The notes under the pieces are model-generated. The model was not told the DNA's origin. It did not search any database and saw only the letters and a list, made by a program, of their open reading frames with translations. The translations under genes were made by a program, and so were the position numbers. 64,000 nucleotides of DNA from NCBI GenBank assembly GCA_965637545.1, contig OZ281501.1, positions 19,158,001 to 19,222,000 of the forward strand, read 5' to 3'. Origin of the DNA: Phallusia mammillata. Taxonomy: Eukaryota. Within the stretch, counting starts at the first letter, position 1. Every line of letters begins with the position of its first letter. This document shows positions 22,121 to 34,810 of the stretch, one piece after another.

Positions 22121-23117
22121 TGTGTTAAACGTTTTATCGAGTGCGAGGGCGTCGGAGTAATTTGAGAAGTTGGAATTAAAGTTTGTTGTGATTATTTGAA
22201 CCACATTTTGACCCGTAGCTAACAATACCCCTGAACTGCCCCCAAACTATTCTATGAACAAAATCCACAACTTTTTTCTCTGTTTCAATCTGCGATTGGC
22301 TTCTTCGTATTTCACAACGCTGTTTACAACAATGCTACGAAAAAACGCATAAAAACAGTAATAAACGAAAAGCATGAGAAAGGCTGTACAGACAGCAACC
22401 CACGTCACGTGATTTGCTGAAGAGGAAACAGCGCACCAAGCGGTTGCAAAAACCGACCGTCAGAAATTGAGAAGCACAGTTGAGAAAGAAGCAACAATAA
22501 TTTTGTACACGAGACGCAGACTTGTGGTTGGCCGCTAGTTGGCGCAAAGCAGCTTGTGATGACGTATGCATATACGTTGTGATTATAGCTGCAAGCATGA
22601 CACAGCGAAAACGATTTACATACCAGTCTAAATCGTTTCTAGTTTCTAATATATACTTTGGTATCAAACGAATTGTATATTTCAATTTTTTCTCTTGAGT
22701 AAAGGCTAAGTTTTCCAGTTTTTCTTTAGCCAGGTTAGCCTTGTTTTTGTTGCACAAAGTTGGTTGAAAAACCCGCTTTGGTATTTGGCCTTCACATATT
22801 TGCAATCTGCGGATCATTGTGGTGTAAATGTTGCGATAAAGGCCTCGTAGAAAATCGCGTTACAACGTGGAAACAGTTTGAGGTACTCCGCATAAAACCT
22901 GGACTGTATGCAGTGGCACAAAAATAATGTGAAAAGCAACAACAACAACAACATGATGAAATGGAACAGAAACTATTAACTTCATGAGGTCAAACAGTGG
23001 ATCGCTGTGTAAAGCCTCTCCACCAGGGGGCGTGTTTTCACCATGCGGACGCGGGTAGGCATTGACGCGCGTCAAAACAAACATTCAATGACACGACAAT
23101 AAAATAAGAACAAAAAT

Positions 23118-26100
23118 TCAGCGACTGACTCGCGTGCTCTTGTTCGGTGATGTCACGGGACTATTTTGTTTGCGCCACACTTCATATTCCTCCGCCGTGC
23201 CCGATGAACCGTTAAATACGTCACCGGAGGATAATCGCTGATGCGTGGCGCGTATGTTTTCTATGTGGTTAGGGTTGGGTGAGCTCTTTAGCGCCGCCAG
23301 ATCGGTGCGTGGTGGAACTGGAGGTGTGTTGAGGTCGTCTTCTGTGATCCGCTTGAGGCGCAATGTGTTGTCGCACCCCATGTCGCTTGCGTTCCACGGA
23401 AAGCTGAATAATGGATGGTTGTTAGCTTATTTGAATACAAGGTTAAACAAAAGTTGTCAGCAATATGTAGCGCAACAAATTGGTTAAATTTGTATGTCTT
23501 GTCACTTTACTATGTGCGTTTTAACCGTCTCTCGTCAGAAATTCTGAAAATTGAGCTGTGTTTTGCAATTATTGAGTGTATATTATTTTTATCCCTGTGA
23601 CAAGCCGTAGTATGCTGGTAGTTGTGAGTGTTTATGGTGCAATGTTCTTAATCAACTAATAAACTCCAAGAAGGTCAGATATAAAGGGCAGCAAAATTGA
23701 TAATCCTAAAAATCTGTTGACAAACTCAGATTAAAACTTATTATTCCCGGTTACCATTTCAACCAGCTCACCTGTCAATCACCCACTCCGCCGGGTCCTT
23801 CCAAGTCACGTGACTCGTATCACTCTTTTGTGATTGGCGGATTCGCCTAATTGCCGTTATGACGTAGGGAGCTATGACGTGGTTCCACACTTGCACGAAC
23901 CACGTACAGGAGGCGTAAAAGTCGGAAGGACACGACGCAAATACTCGAGGTCCTGTAAAAGTACGTTCTGTGAAGTTTCAAACGAACGTTTCAGTTTTGG
24001 TACAAAATGATTTCTTTTAATTGCTTTATTTGGGCATCAGTCGTATTTTATTTAAAACATTTGGTTTAATCTACTAGAAACGCGTGTATTTTTTAAAAGT
24101 TGTCGCAATTTGATGATGTGTCCAAACATTTTCCACAGTTACAAAAAAATATTTCTTTCGAATGCTTTAACTGGTCAATAGTCAGTTATGCGTTTTTTAT
24201 TTAATATTCTCACAAATCATGCATCAAAGATACTTAACGTGCCCGAGCTATTTCCACTACTTACCTATGGTAACGTCTGTCGGACATTGGGACTCCAAAC
24301 ATCTGTTCACGTGGTGCCAGCAAAGAGGCAACCACGTGATCACTCGTAATGTGTTCTGGAACTCTTCATCGTCGTTTTGTTGGCCAGATATTTCGTGTTC
24401 TATAACCGCCCTCCTGAAAATGTGAATCAAGGTTACATTGTGCTTTGTCAGCAATCCTAAGTTGTATAAGTTGGAATACAAGTGGTCATCATATGCGCAA
24501 TCATTAACTGCAAAACTTAGATAAAGGTGATGTGTGATTAAATCGCTATGTTGACATGATAACGTTATTAGCAATGTTTCCTCTTGGTTGTGTGCAAACT
24601 GCTTGTACAATCTGGCTTAGCAAAAAAATGTGCGCAGCTCTTATACGATCCAACATATTTTTGTTTACCTTAAGAACCTGCCGAGGTAGTCCTTCACATG
24701 CGAACTGCTGTTGGTGCATGAAAGCCACGTGAAGCCGTTCTCGCACTGGTCAGCCATCTTGCCTTGCGCCTTGCCTTGTAGAATGGTGCCTGGAATGTAA
24801 ACAAACAATGTATATTTCTTGTGTGGAAATTAAAGTCACAATAAAGAAGTTTTGTCCCCCGTACACTTACCTATGACGTAAGGGCAGTTGACGTCATCAG
24901 AAAGGCCAAACAAGGGGGCGAACATGTCCTTTAGTGACGTCACCAGATGCATGTTTTCCACAATGATGACGTGAGGCACGGTGATGACGTTGTTTGATGA
25001 CGTATGACCACAAATGTCTGAGATGTTTTTCAGGTAGTTTTGAAGCTCCTCAAATCAAAAAAATGAAATACATTGTTATTTTGCTTGTGATTTAAAGTTC
25101 TCAAAGTTTTGCCTCTTACATCAAACTTTAACTGTTGTAAGTTTGTCAGATTAGATAAACACACATTCGTAACTGGGATCAGCCCTGAATTGTTGGTTAA
25201 TGGTAGAAATCAATTGTAACGTTTCAGGGATTTAACAAAATTTGAACCCACCTCTTCCCCGTTTTGCTTCACATCGTAGATAAAAATCATTTTTGAAGGA
25301 TCAAGATTCCGTCGAACTCTCGTCACTAGGTGGTGCGCCAGGCTGTGGCAAGATTCAATTAATGCTTAAAACGTATCCACCAACATACTTTCACAATCTT
25401 AATCATTTCAAGAACGAAAGTTTTTGTATCTATACTGCATGGGTCATATTTCGTGTTAAATTAATTCTTGGCAGAAATGATTCTGGGCGAACCGCAACGA
25501 TTTATGCCACAAATTTGGAGACTTTTATTTCCAGGTTAAGATCAAGTACCTATCTTATCACAGACAAATACATTTTGATATAAAAGCGTTGTCAGTCAAT
25601 CTTTACTGGGTCCGAAGAAAACTTCAGCACAATATCTCATAATTGAATTTCAACTTTCTGGTGTGCTTACACTATCATTTTTGTCTACTCTGACTCCTAC
25701 CTGTGAGCGAGGGAGCTCTTCCCTGTTCCTGATGGACCGTGAAGCATGATTCGTTTGTGGTGCATCACGTTGTTCACATATCGAAGCAACATATCTTTCG
25801 GTATAAGAGTGCTGAACGCAAGCAGGTCGACTGATCCACATGCTGCATCTGAACACCAAATATCCATTTCAGCAAGTTACACCCCGACATGCATGAGTTG
25901 GAAACCGAGAATTACAATCCACAATGCACATGCGATTGCAACGCTTAGTTTTATTTTAACGCAATGTTTATGTCTACAAAGCCAAAGTGGAGAACTAATT
26001 TTTTGAGATTATGCTTTCCATCATTAAAACATGGACATTCCAAAACGATGTTTTCAAAAAGCTTAATTGGAGGCCTGATGTTCCGAGGTTGTGCTACCAA

Positions 26101-29100
26101 TCAAGCATAACGATTTCCAAACTGTTGACGCTTTGTTTTTGACATAATTGGGCTGAAACTTAACGATGTTATTCAGTCATTGCACTTCCTAGCTAAAATC
26201 TACAACATCTCCACAACAAAACTCGATCCTTGTCATCCTTGTTAAATCTGATCTAACCAACCTTTTAACGAAATCTCGACAGTGTTGACGTCACCGATGA
26301 TGAAAGCACACGGAAGTAGTTCAGGTGGAGAAGACCCAGGAATTCGAGCTTGTTCGCCGACTTTGTAAAAAGCGATGCTTGAGGTTGACAAACCTAGCCT
26401 GCTGTCTCCATCCACACAACGACAATATTCCTAAAAAGCAAACAATAATGTTAGAGTGGCAATGTTCAATGGACCTTATGAATTGTAATATAAAGGGACC
26501 ACTGAGGTTGGACCAACACTACAATGTCAATGCTTATTCCATAAACCATGGAGAAGTTTCACAAACAAGCGCAAAAGAAAATGTTTGAAAAACAGAAGTC
26601 AGGAACTTTAGATTAATGTGGAACTATCAGCTGTCCATGAATTAATACAGTCAAAATATGAGGGCTGTGGCATTACAACAATGTACTGCTTGCAATCAGA
26701 GACGTTTTATCAACATCCAACATAAGAACTCACCAAAAATATTTCGCTGGTTTTCCGATCCAAGTCATCCCAGCTGGCTTTCCTCGGTACAGGGACACTC
26801 CCTATGAGTAGTTCATGTCTTGATTGTGAAGATGCTACCTTTGGTGACCCTGAGGTTCGAACCACGAACTTTAGTTGCGCGCCCTCCTCCTCGCTCCCGG
26901 GCGACACTAAGCGGTGGAGTTTACAGCAATCTATGAACAAAAGGAAGAGATGGACTAATGGTTGGGTATCACTAAGGTGCTCTGTTAGAACCAACTGGTA
27001 CAGCACTGAAAAGACTGAATTTAAACTCTCAGGTTATGTTACACTTGCATCAACTGTTGAACTATGTTGTCAAAGATGATGTAACATACCGACCAAAAAA
27101 AACATGCGTAGACCCAGTAAGAAGATACAAGCCAATATTTGAGTGGAAAACATTACAACGTTTCTAATGTTTTTATTGTCATCGTCAGGCAAAAGACTCC
27201 TTTAAATAAAAAGAAATAGCAAAGACATACGGACGCCCATAAAAGTAACTAACATTTGTGTTACCGCCTTTTTAACTACTTCAAAACTGAAATGACCAAC
27301 CTAATCTTGGCAATCCAGGGGCGAGACTTAGCTCGTCAGGTGGCGCAGTTGAGCTGAGTTTTTCATCTCTGTAGGAGGCAAGCTCGGTTGTGTTTTGTCT
27401 TCTCAGCGTCGAGCGGTTTGACGTCATGGTGTTTGTGGCGTAATCAGGACTTGTAACACGTGACTGGAGACGTTCGTTTTCCATTCGGAGTAATTGCATC
27501 TCGTGCTGAAGTAAAGAAAATATTTGACTTCATATTGGTTTACCTCAACTTGATTAAAGATCTGATCAAAATGATTCAGAGAAGACTGCAATAGTCGTCT
27601 TATTGCTTTTTGTTCAACTGTCACTTTTAGTTGCTGATTCAGAAACATAAGAAGACCGATTCTTATGTGGCTTTTGAGTAAATATCCTTTTTTGTGTAGT
27701 ATGAAAGGTCAAACACTGATTTTAGTTTAGGTGGTTTATGTTTGCTTTTCAACCTACAGGTTGGTAAAAGACCCTATCTTGCCAGCAAACCCTAATTTTG
27801 CCAGACGATGAAGCAATGAAATAAAACGAAAATGATATTCATTACCACACATGGCAACAGTTTGCCAGACATACACATGGCCTTAAACTTCACTGGACCA
27901 ACCTGCATTTGAACGATCTGATCTTGTAGCTGATGAAGTTGGTGTTGTGACGTAAGTGCTGCGAGCCTGATGTCAGTGAGCTTTCGGTCTTTCTCCTGAA
28001 CAATGTGGAGGATTTCGTCGTAAGAGATGCGGCCGTCGCGAGGAGTTAGACCAAGGCTAGATGGAAAATTAAACGTTGTAAGAAATACAAAATGGTTTTT
28101 GTTTAACATTGCAGTTTGAGATGATATGAATAAGCCATTCGGACCAACGGTTGCAAAACCTCTAAATGTATTTAAAACAGGTTGCTGATGCTTTGACAGG
28201 TTTTGGTGGTCGTTGTCGTGCGTTTACTGAAGAACCAGGTCATATGATAAATAAGTTTTTTTTCGCCACTGTGTGAATCTTTTTAATGTTCGTTGAAATA
28301 ACACTTTTAGCGTTTCACGGACAAACGAGTGTTACAAAATGCCTTCAGGCACCTTCTTCTGTATTGATTTTTAGTATGTAAGATTTAGTTGTTTGTTAAG
28401 GCGAGTTTTTGCAAATATAGTTTATCACAGTGGGTCGCGTTTATTCCTGGTTAATTAGATATTTGATGCTTTGTGGTTGGTTTATAATAATGCGATCGGT
28501 TTAAAAAATTAAATCCAATTAATCGAGTTATTAGATTACACTACACTTGTTTCATCTCGGCCTCTGCTCATTACAATTGCATTATTGAGGGATCAGTAAT
28601 TTACTGGTTAATCCGACTTATTCTTCTTCCACTTTCTAATTAAACGTTGAAACAATTTATGGGATAAGAAGAACTTGAGAAAAAGTTGATGTTATGTTTT
28701 GATGAATCCCAACATAAGAATCTTTACTTTATTCTTGTTTCTAAATGCACCCACTTTTGTTTCAGAATTTGTTATTCGTGTTTCTATATGCACGACTTAT
28801 TCAACAATACCTGTTGGGCTTCTTCTCAATTCAATTATCCCAACTACAGAAATATGTGACCTTTACCGAAAGGTCAACAACATTTGTGACCTTAAGTAAC
28901 CCCACACTTCTGACCCGCGGGGTTAGGCTCACCTGGGGTTATGCAGGATTCGTCTGGAGGTTGTGGGAGATATCGGACACCCGGAGTCCTCACCGTCTGT
29001 GAATTCCTGAACTCCACTCGACTGTGACGACTTGCCGCCACGTGAGAAAGCCGACTTTAACGGAAGCTGTAGGAGAATATATTGAAATCAAAATATACAA

Positions 29101-30842
29101 TTGGATGTTTTGAAATAGTACCACGAAACAGTGAAGAAATATTGATTTCTTGTATACTTTCATTTGGCTGTGCACTTAAGTAATATTTAGGCCCAAAAAT
29201 CAAGTATTGTATAGGACGCAAAAACGTTGATGTAAAAGTCATTTAAAAAGTCTCAAGGGAGGCATAATTTAAGCAGTGTCCAGAACAAAATCGAACAATA
29301 AAAGTGTTGAGTATTTGACCACTATGCGTTTTTCCAAATCGCTGTTGCCATACTGCGTTAGGGTTATTTAAAAAAAAATCTTGTAGGAATTCCCAACTAA
29401 TCCCACTTTGATACCACAGGTAGTTAAACCACAAACTATTAGACGCTATCGGACTTTCATTTCAGCCCAGCCCCACTGTTCTGTTCCTCGCTCTCTAACC
29501 CCTACATCAGGGTTTACCGGGTATCATTACTAACCCAATATATCCCATCCACGATATTTAGAGCGCTCTGTTTTAAACATATCTCCGTTTATGGTGAACA
29601 GGGGAAGCGTTTGACTGGCTGACTCCTCTCGCCGTGTTTGTCTGCGGTTTTGGGGCAGAGGCGCGCCTCCGTGTGGTCAGAAGGTGCGGGTGATTAAAAT
29701 ATTATCGTGTATCATGTTTCTGGTAAGCGGTTCGGAAATAGAGAATTTGTTGGCTATATGCGTGGCTCAGTTGTAATGTTATTTGTTTCTGAACTCTTTC
29801 TTCAGTTTTTGGTTTGTGTTGCGAATTGGTTACAACTTTTGCTCTGTTTTATAGCGTGTTAAGTCTTGCCGTATTTGACTATCATTACAAAACTTAAACA
29901 TAATACTTTTTAAAAGGTACATCATAGTAGGCCAGGTCTAATAAAAGGCGTTATACCGAATCAACCGGTCACGAAGCATTCACACATATGGCAAAGCACA
30001 GGCTAGAACAATTTAGCCTATGGTGGAATTCGAACCCACGACAGGAGCTATTCCGGGTCAGTTTGAAATGTTTAACGGTTTTGCTCCGTATATTTAGATC
30101 GCATTCTAAATAATCTAACGAGTTTTATACCAAAAAAAAACGTTGGTTCAAACTTGGGTCAATATGTTTCATACCCATCTTTTCTTCTTTGCTTCCTTCC
30201 TCTGGTCGTTGTCACCGCTACTTCCTGAGCTGGAAGACGACATGCTTGAGTGACTAGCGTGGGAACTCATGCTCGACAAACTTCCGGATGAAACTCGTTT
30301 ACTCGCATTTGGTGACAGAGGGTCTGACAAAGATAAAATTCAGTGAAAATTAACTTATAAAACCCGACTTTTTTTAGACCAATGGCTGTTGCGAATCATG
30401 TTGTTAGAAAAAGTGTTAGTGTTAGAAAAAAGTTTTCTCTGATCAAAAAAAAAAAAAAAAAAAAAATGCTAAACTTTAAAACAAAATGTGTAAAAAGTCA
30501 GAATATCTTTTTCGTAGTTTATAGTTTATGGTGTTATATATCCCTATGTTAAAGCATGCAAGAGTTTACAGATAATAGCTTAGTAATTAATCACTTTTTA
30601 CCGTAATGTCTTGAGTTTGTTCCCCAATGACTTCCACCATCAGACGACGACGAATACGAGCTATCGCTTTGTACATGCATCGAACCTGCACTGCCCTTCA
30701 CATCAGGAAAGAACACATTTCCACCATTAGGTGTACTCGTGTGGGGGGCAAAGTTACCGCTTCTCTCCGCCTTGGCTCGCAAATCTTCGATAGTTTTTCT
30801 CAGTTTGTCCAACTCCTTCTCTTCGCCGCAAGAACCCTCCAT
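23118..30842 (-). CDS. NAV: Neuron navigator (NAV/unc-53)-like protein, C-terminal coiled-coil plus AAA ATPase form (~800 aa)
   Basis: Fourteen exons: 30842-30602, 30323-30175, 29066-28933, 28056-27903, 27505-27301, 26930-26734, 26430-26262, 25848-25701, 25342-25252, 25048-24871, 24789-24669, 24413-24265, 23952-23772 and 23403-23118, totalling 2403 nt in frame. Motifs: EKDRKLTDIRLAAL, LIGSVPVPRKASWDDLD, PELLPC, Walker A GPSGTGKS, CPYVIGT, WHHVNRCLE..DVTIGPRVF, WKDPAEWV. Confidence 0.9.
30000..30050 (-). mobile_element. tRNA-derived SINE head
   Basis: Minus-strand T-arm GTGGG-TTCGAAT-TCCAC at 30023-30039, with no full tRNA. Similar B-boxes occur at ~48529-48545 (-) and ~52375 (-). Confidence 0.45.
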
Positions 30843-33800
30843 CGCTTAAGTCTCAGTTTCGGCTTGTTATTTTTGTGCCTAGCAATCGATCGTCTGTCTC
30901 CTGCGCAAGAAAACACGACACTTGAGTTTCTTTTGTTCTTCCCAACCTTACTCGACGGGTAATTCGATTTGATTTCGCCTTAATTCCGTCGCATTTCTGC
31001 GCAGTCTCGTCTTGATTTTTCCTTGTCCACTTTCTTTTAATATAGGACTAATAGCAGCTTGCGATTTTTCGATAATCGATTGTATTTAACTCGTAAAAAC
31101 CTTGGCTGTAATCCGATAATGCAACTGCTGCGACTTTTACAGCATATTTTTCTCTGACAAGAAACAAAAGCCAATATATTTAAGCTATACATAACGCCTT
31201 GACCGATCCCAACCTTTTTTATCAATTAAAGTTAAGAAAGATGTGTATTTTTGTCATAGTTTTCAGAACCGAAAATGACAACACTTTATTTGCCTTGTTT
31301 TTGAAAAAATCAAGATTTACTGATTTAACTTTCTTTTTTTACTCAACCGGCAATTATTCAGGGCGTTTTTATTGGTTAAGTTTAAACTTCACCCTCACTA
31401 AATCAGATAAGTTTAATTTTTCGGCATGTATGAACACAATAGCTGGTCTGAGTTGGTTTTTGAGACAACCTTGTATTATTCCCAGCCAAATCCATCAACA
31501 CGTGGGCGAGATATGAAATCTTGGACCACAGGTTGATTGTGAATCACTTAAATCTTCACGTTGGTCGTCTCACAACTGACATCATATTTCTCACACACCT
31601 TTGATATGGGGTGTCCTTATCCATAAATAATCTGCTTATCACTTCACTATTCATTGGCTCTGATTGAAGTATAATGCTAACCCAAGAACTGTAACGCTTA
31701 ACTTGAGCTGAGCGTATATATATATACGCACGACATCATCGCACAAAACAAAAACACAATTTTCGCTTTTTGCAAATCCTATTTATGAGATTTTATGCGC
31801 AATTTCAAAGGGTCCCACCAACACGCCTATTCTATTTTTGGTGCCTAGAATCGCTATAAAATGTTCATGTTTGCCACAAAATAACGCCCAGCCATCAAAA
31901 CATCACAAGGCTACCTAAGATCACATTATAAAATCAATTACAAAACATGAAAAAGCTTCCATAGCATCAAGTCGGACCACACTTCTGATAAACAGGCCTC
32001 TTCCAAAACAAAACTGTTGTATACAAAGTACAAATCACACTAACATTCATGCTAAACCTTTTCAGACAACCTTCTGCTGTTCGTCCTATTAACCACCAAC
32101 ATTCAACCCAGCTTAACAACACAGCAAGCCATCATGTAGTGGTATATCCCGCGGCGTAGTAAACTGGCGACCCATTTCCCCATACTGCTTTTAATCCGTT
32201 GCTGTGATCCTTAGATTGCCTGAAACTATCGTGTGAACCCACCACAATGCCAATAAACTCCCTCTTACTAATCCTATACGTTTCACGATTAAACGATTAT
32301 AACCTAGTGTATATGTTGCACCGGGGAAATGCTTAATGCTATAACGCCGATAAACAGTTGCGAAATGAATTCAATTGTCGGTTTCCTTGCTGCTTAGAGA
32401 GAATGAGTTGTTTGTAAATAACATTTCTGGAGACTGGGCATTTAGTGATTCTGTTCTTACGGTTGTACTTTACTGACTCCTTCAAAATCTATTTTTACTA
32501 AAGGTCACTTGAGCAAATTTCAAATCATTTATCATTTCGCATTTCTCCAAATTGGTAGAACATTGCAACTCCTTTTGCATTTTTGTAAACACTAAAAACT
32601 GTGGTTGTTGTTTTTTACTTCGGCTGCTGTTAAACAAACTAAAAGTAGTCAATTATCCAATTACGACTTCAGCAGCACGTGTCGGTATAAAGGAATCGGG
32701 TAGCTCCAAATAGTCAAAGGTTGTGGCATCAACTTGGTTAGGAAACTCACGTTTACGACTAGAGACCAACTAACGGGAACCCTGATTAGATTACAACGTT
32801 CGTAGAAGTACCTTGCGCTCATGCACTTTCCTGGTAACCAGTTATGCGCTCATTGCGTTTAACCTCTGCCAAGGTCAAACCAATTCACAGCAAGTTTGCG
32901 GTTCGGTGTGTGTTGTTTAGATTTCGGGCGCCAGCTTTCCGGTTAGCCGCAAATTGAGACTTGTTTTGCCGCGGAGTAAGTTTTACAAATCCCTTCCAAC
33001 CTCGAATCCATTAGCGTGCGTTAACAGCGGGTTTAAATTGCTTTGACCCTTGCGCTGTCGCGTGCAGTCGGTAGCTAATTGCTGTTTTGAAGTGACACAC
33101 ATCAAGTAGCAACCAACTGGTCGGGAAAGGAGGTTAATGTTGTTTAAACACCAACCAATATTGCAAAGTTGTTTTTCGCAAACTATATTTCCTGAAATGT
33201 TTTTCCCAACTATTTGGTTAATATTACATTTCTTTTCTTCACTGCTGATAAAAAAATTATGAGTTCTTGAACAAGATCTTATCTGTTTTCGGGCTAGTAC
33301 ACCACGCCAATAAAGAAAAAAGCTGCCTACGTAAAGCAACTAGTGGTAACCTTCATTTACTGCAGTTAACCAAACTGCCGCTTGCAAACGTTTGATTAAA
33401 CTTCTATGATACGAAGCCACTCGACAGCTCTTTACTTCACATCTATAAACCCGTGAATTGCAAAACTACTTTATACACAATATTACAAACTATCACTCGT
33501 GCAATACCCGTCTATTTGTTTGATATAACTGTCGGTTTCTAACATGGTTTCGTCCAACTGGTACAAACTGTAAAGGCGACTGTCGGCTATGAAACTGGTT
33601 TAAACCATGCAATGCGTAACAAAACCTTGCAACTAAGCTCTCCTGCTTTTGCGTGTCGACTCCTGCATTCAAATTTCTGTTTGTTCTGGAACGTCTCGCG
33701 TCGAGAAATTCCGGGATATTATGACGCATTTGGCGGGAAAACGGTGCATGCTCGAGCGATTCAATTGTTCGATCACAATGGCTCACTACGTCACTTGCAG

Positions 33801-34091
33801 TGTCGGTGACGTTGGTTTGTTTGTAGATAAAACTTCGTTCGGAGATTAGGACAAGTCAATTTGTGGTCGTCTCCTGTGATAAAAGCCTGTTTTGTTTCCC
33901 CATGCAAGTTTTGAACGCGATTGGCACGAATGAATTGTCATTTAAATTCTATTCGAATAAATCGAGGAACTTTGCCTAAATCCTGTAATAGCCAGGATTA
34001 TTGATTCTTTAAATTGTTGTAAACTTTTTTTGAACAATGCTGCATCTGCGATCCTAGTCTTCAATACAGTTTTTGTTTTTCTCATGAACTA

Positions 34092-34130
34092 TTTACTGAT
34101 GATGACAAATGTTTTGCCAAAACGTCTCAT
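34092..34130 (+). ncRNA. Degenerate hammerhead-ribozyme-like motif (family copy)
   Basis: CTGATGA-T-GACAAATGTTTTGCC-AAAA-CGTC: core G12 is mutated to A and stem I is lost. Confidence 0.35.
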
Positions 34131-34689
34131 TAAAAATGCATCCTTTTTATTTTACATGTTTAACCTTTTGCTGTATTTTCCATCTTTTCAAATAATCACA
34201 TCTATTTAAGGCACAAAACTTTTAACACGTATTACTTCCAATTTAGTTATTCTTACTACAGCACCAAACACCACAAACGCTAGTTCACTTGATCAATTCC
34301 CCCTTAAAGGTTCATCGCAGTGACGAAAAAATGTGCACACCTTGTGACCTTTGACCGACTTTTCAATGGTCTTCCTAAGGTCGTTGCAAATCACATAAAG
34401 CTGGCCAATAGTAAAGGTGCCTCGCAGAATAAGGGCAAGAGTAGATCGATCGAGCGCAGATGGTCAGCACCGCAAAGTTGAGGGATTTACAACCTATGGT
34501 AGCGACAGTTGCAGCTTGTAATGGAGATTGCTTGTATTGCTTAGCTATTTTGTTTGGATCACGAACAACTGTGCTGTATTGCTGCTCTTAATCCACCAAC
34601 TCACTTTAACACGTCGTTAAATATGTGAAGTTTCTGTCGGTTGGTTACCAACCCTTACAATATAGCGCGTTTAGACATTATCCACCAAC

Positions 34690-34810
34690 TGTGACTTCCA
34701 CTATATTGCGCTCCATAACGTTTGAACGTTCTGCAGCTATTAGCAAGCAATTTTTATGGGCCGTTTGTGTCGCTATGTTTATCTTCCTCTGAACGAAATA
34801 AACTCTGAAT
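34690..34810 (+). repeat. Dispersed repeat, diverged copy at ~46915-47025
   Basis: Shared blocks GCGCTCC..AACGT..CAGCTATT and GTCGCTATGTTT..CGAAATAAACTC at both loci. Confidence 0.55.

Noticed and set aside
22335-22817. 160-aa minus-strand ORF downstream of the NAV stop
   Set aside because: It lies in the likely NAV 3' UTR, has atypical composition and shows no recognisable homology.
30445-30466. A22 run as a possible retroposon tail
   Set aside because: It has no associated body or TSD and reads as poly(T) in a NAV intron. It shows that A-runs occur here by chance.
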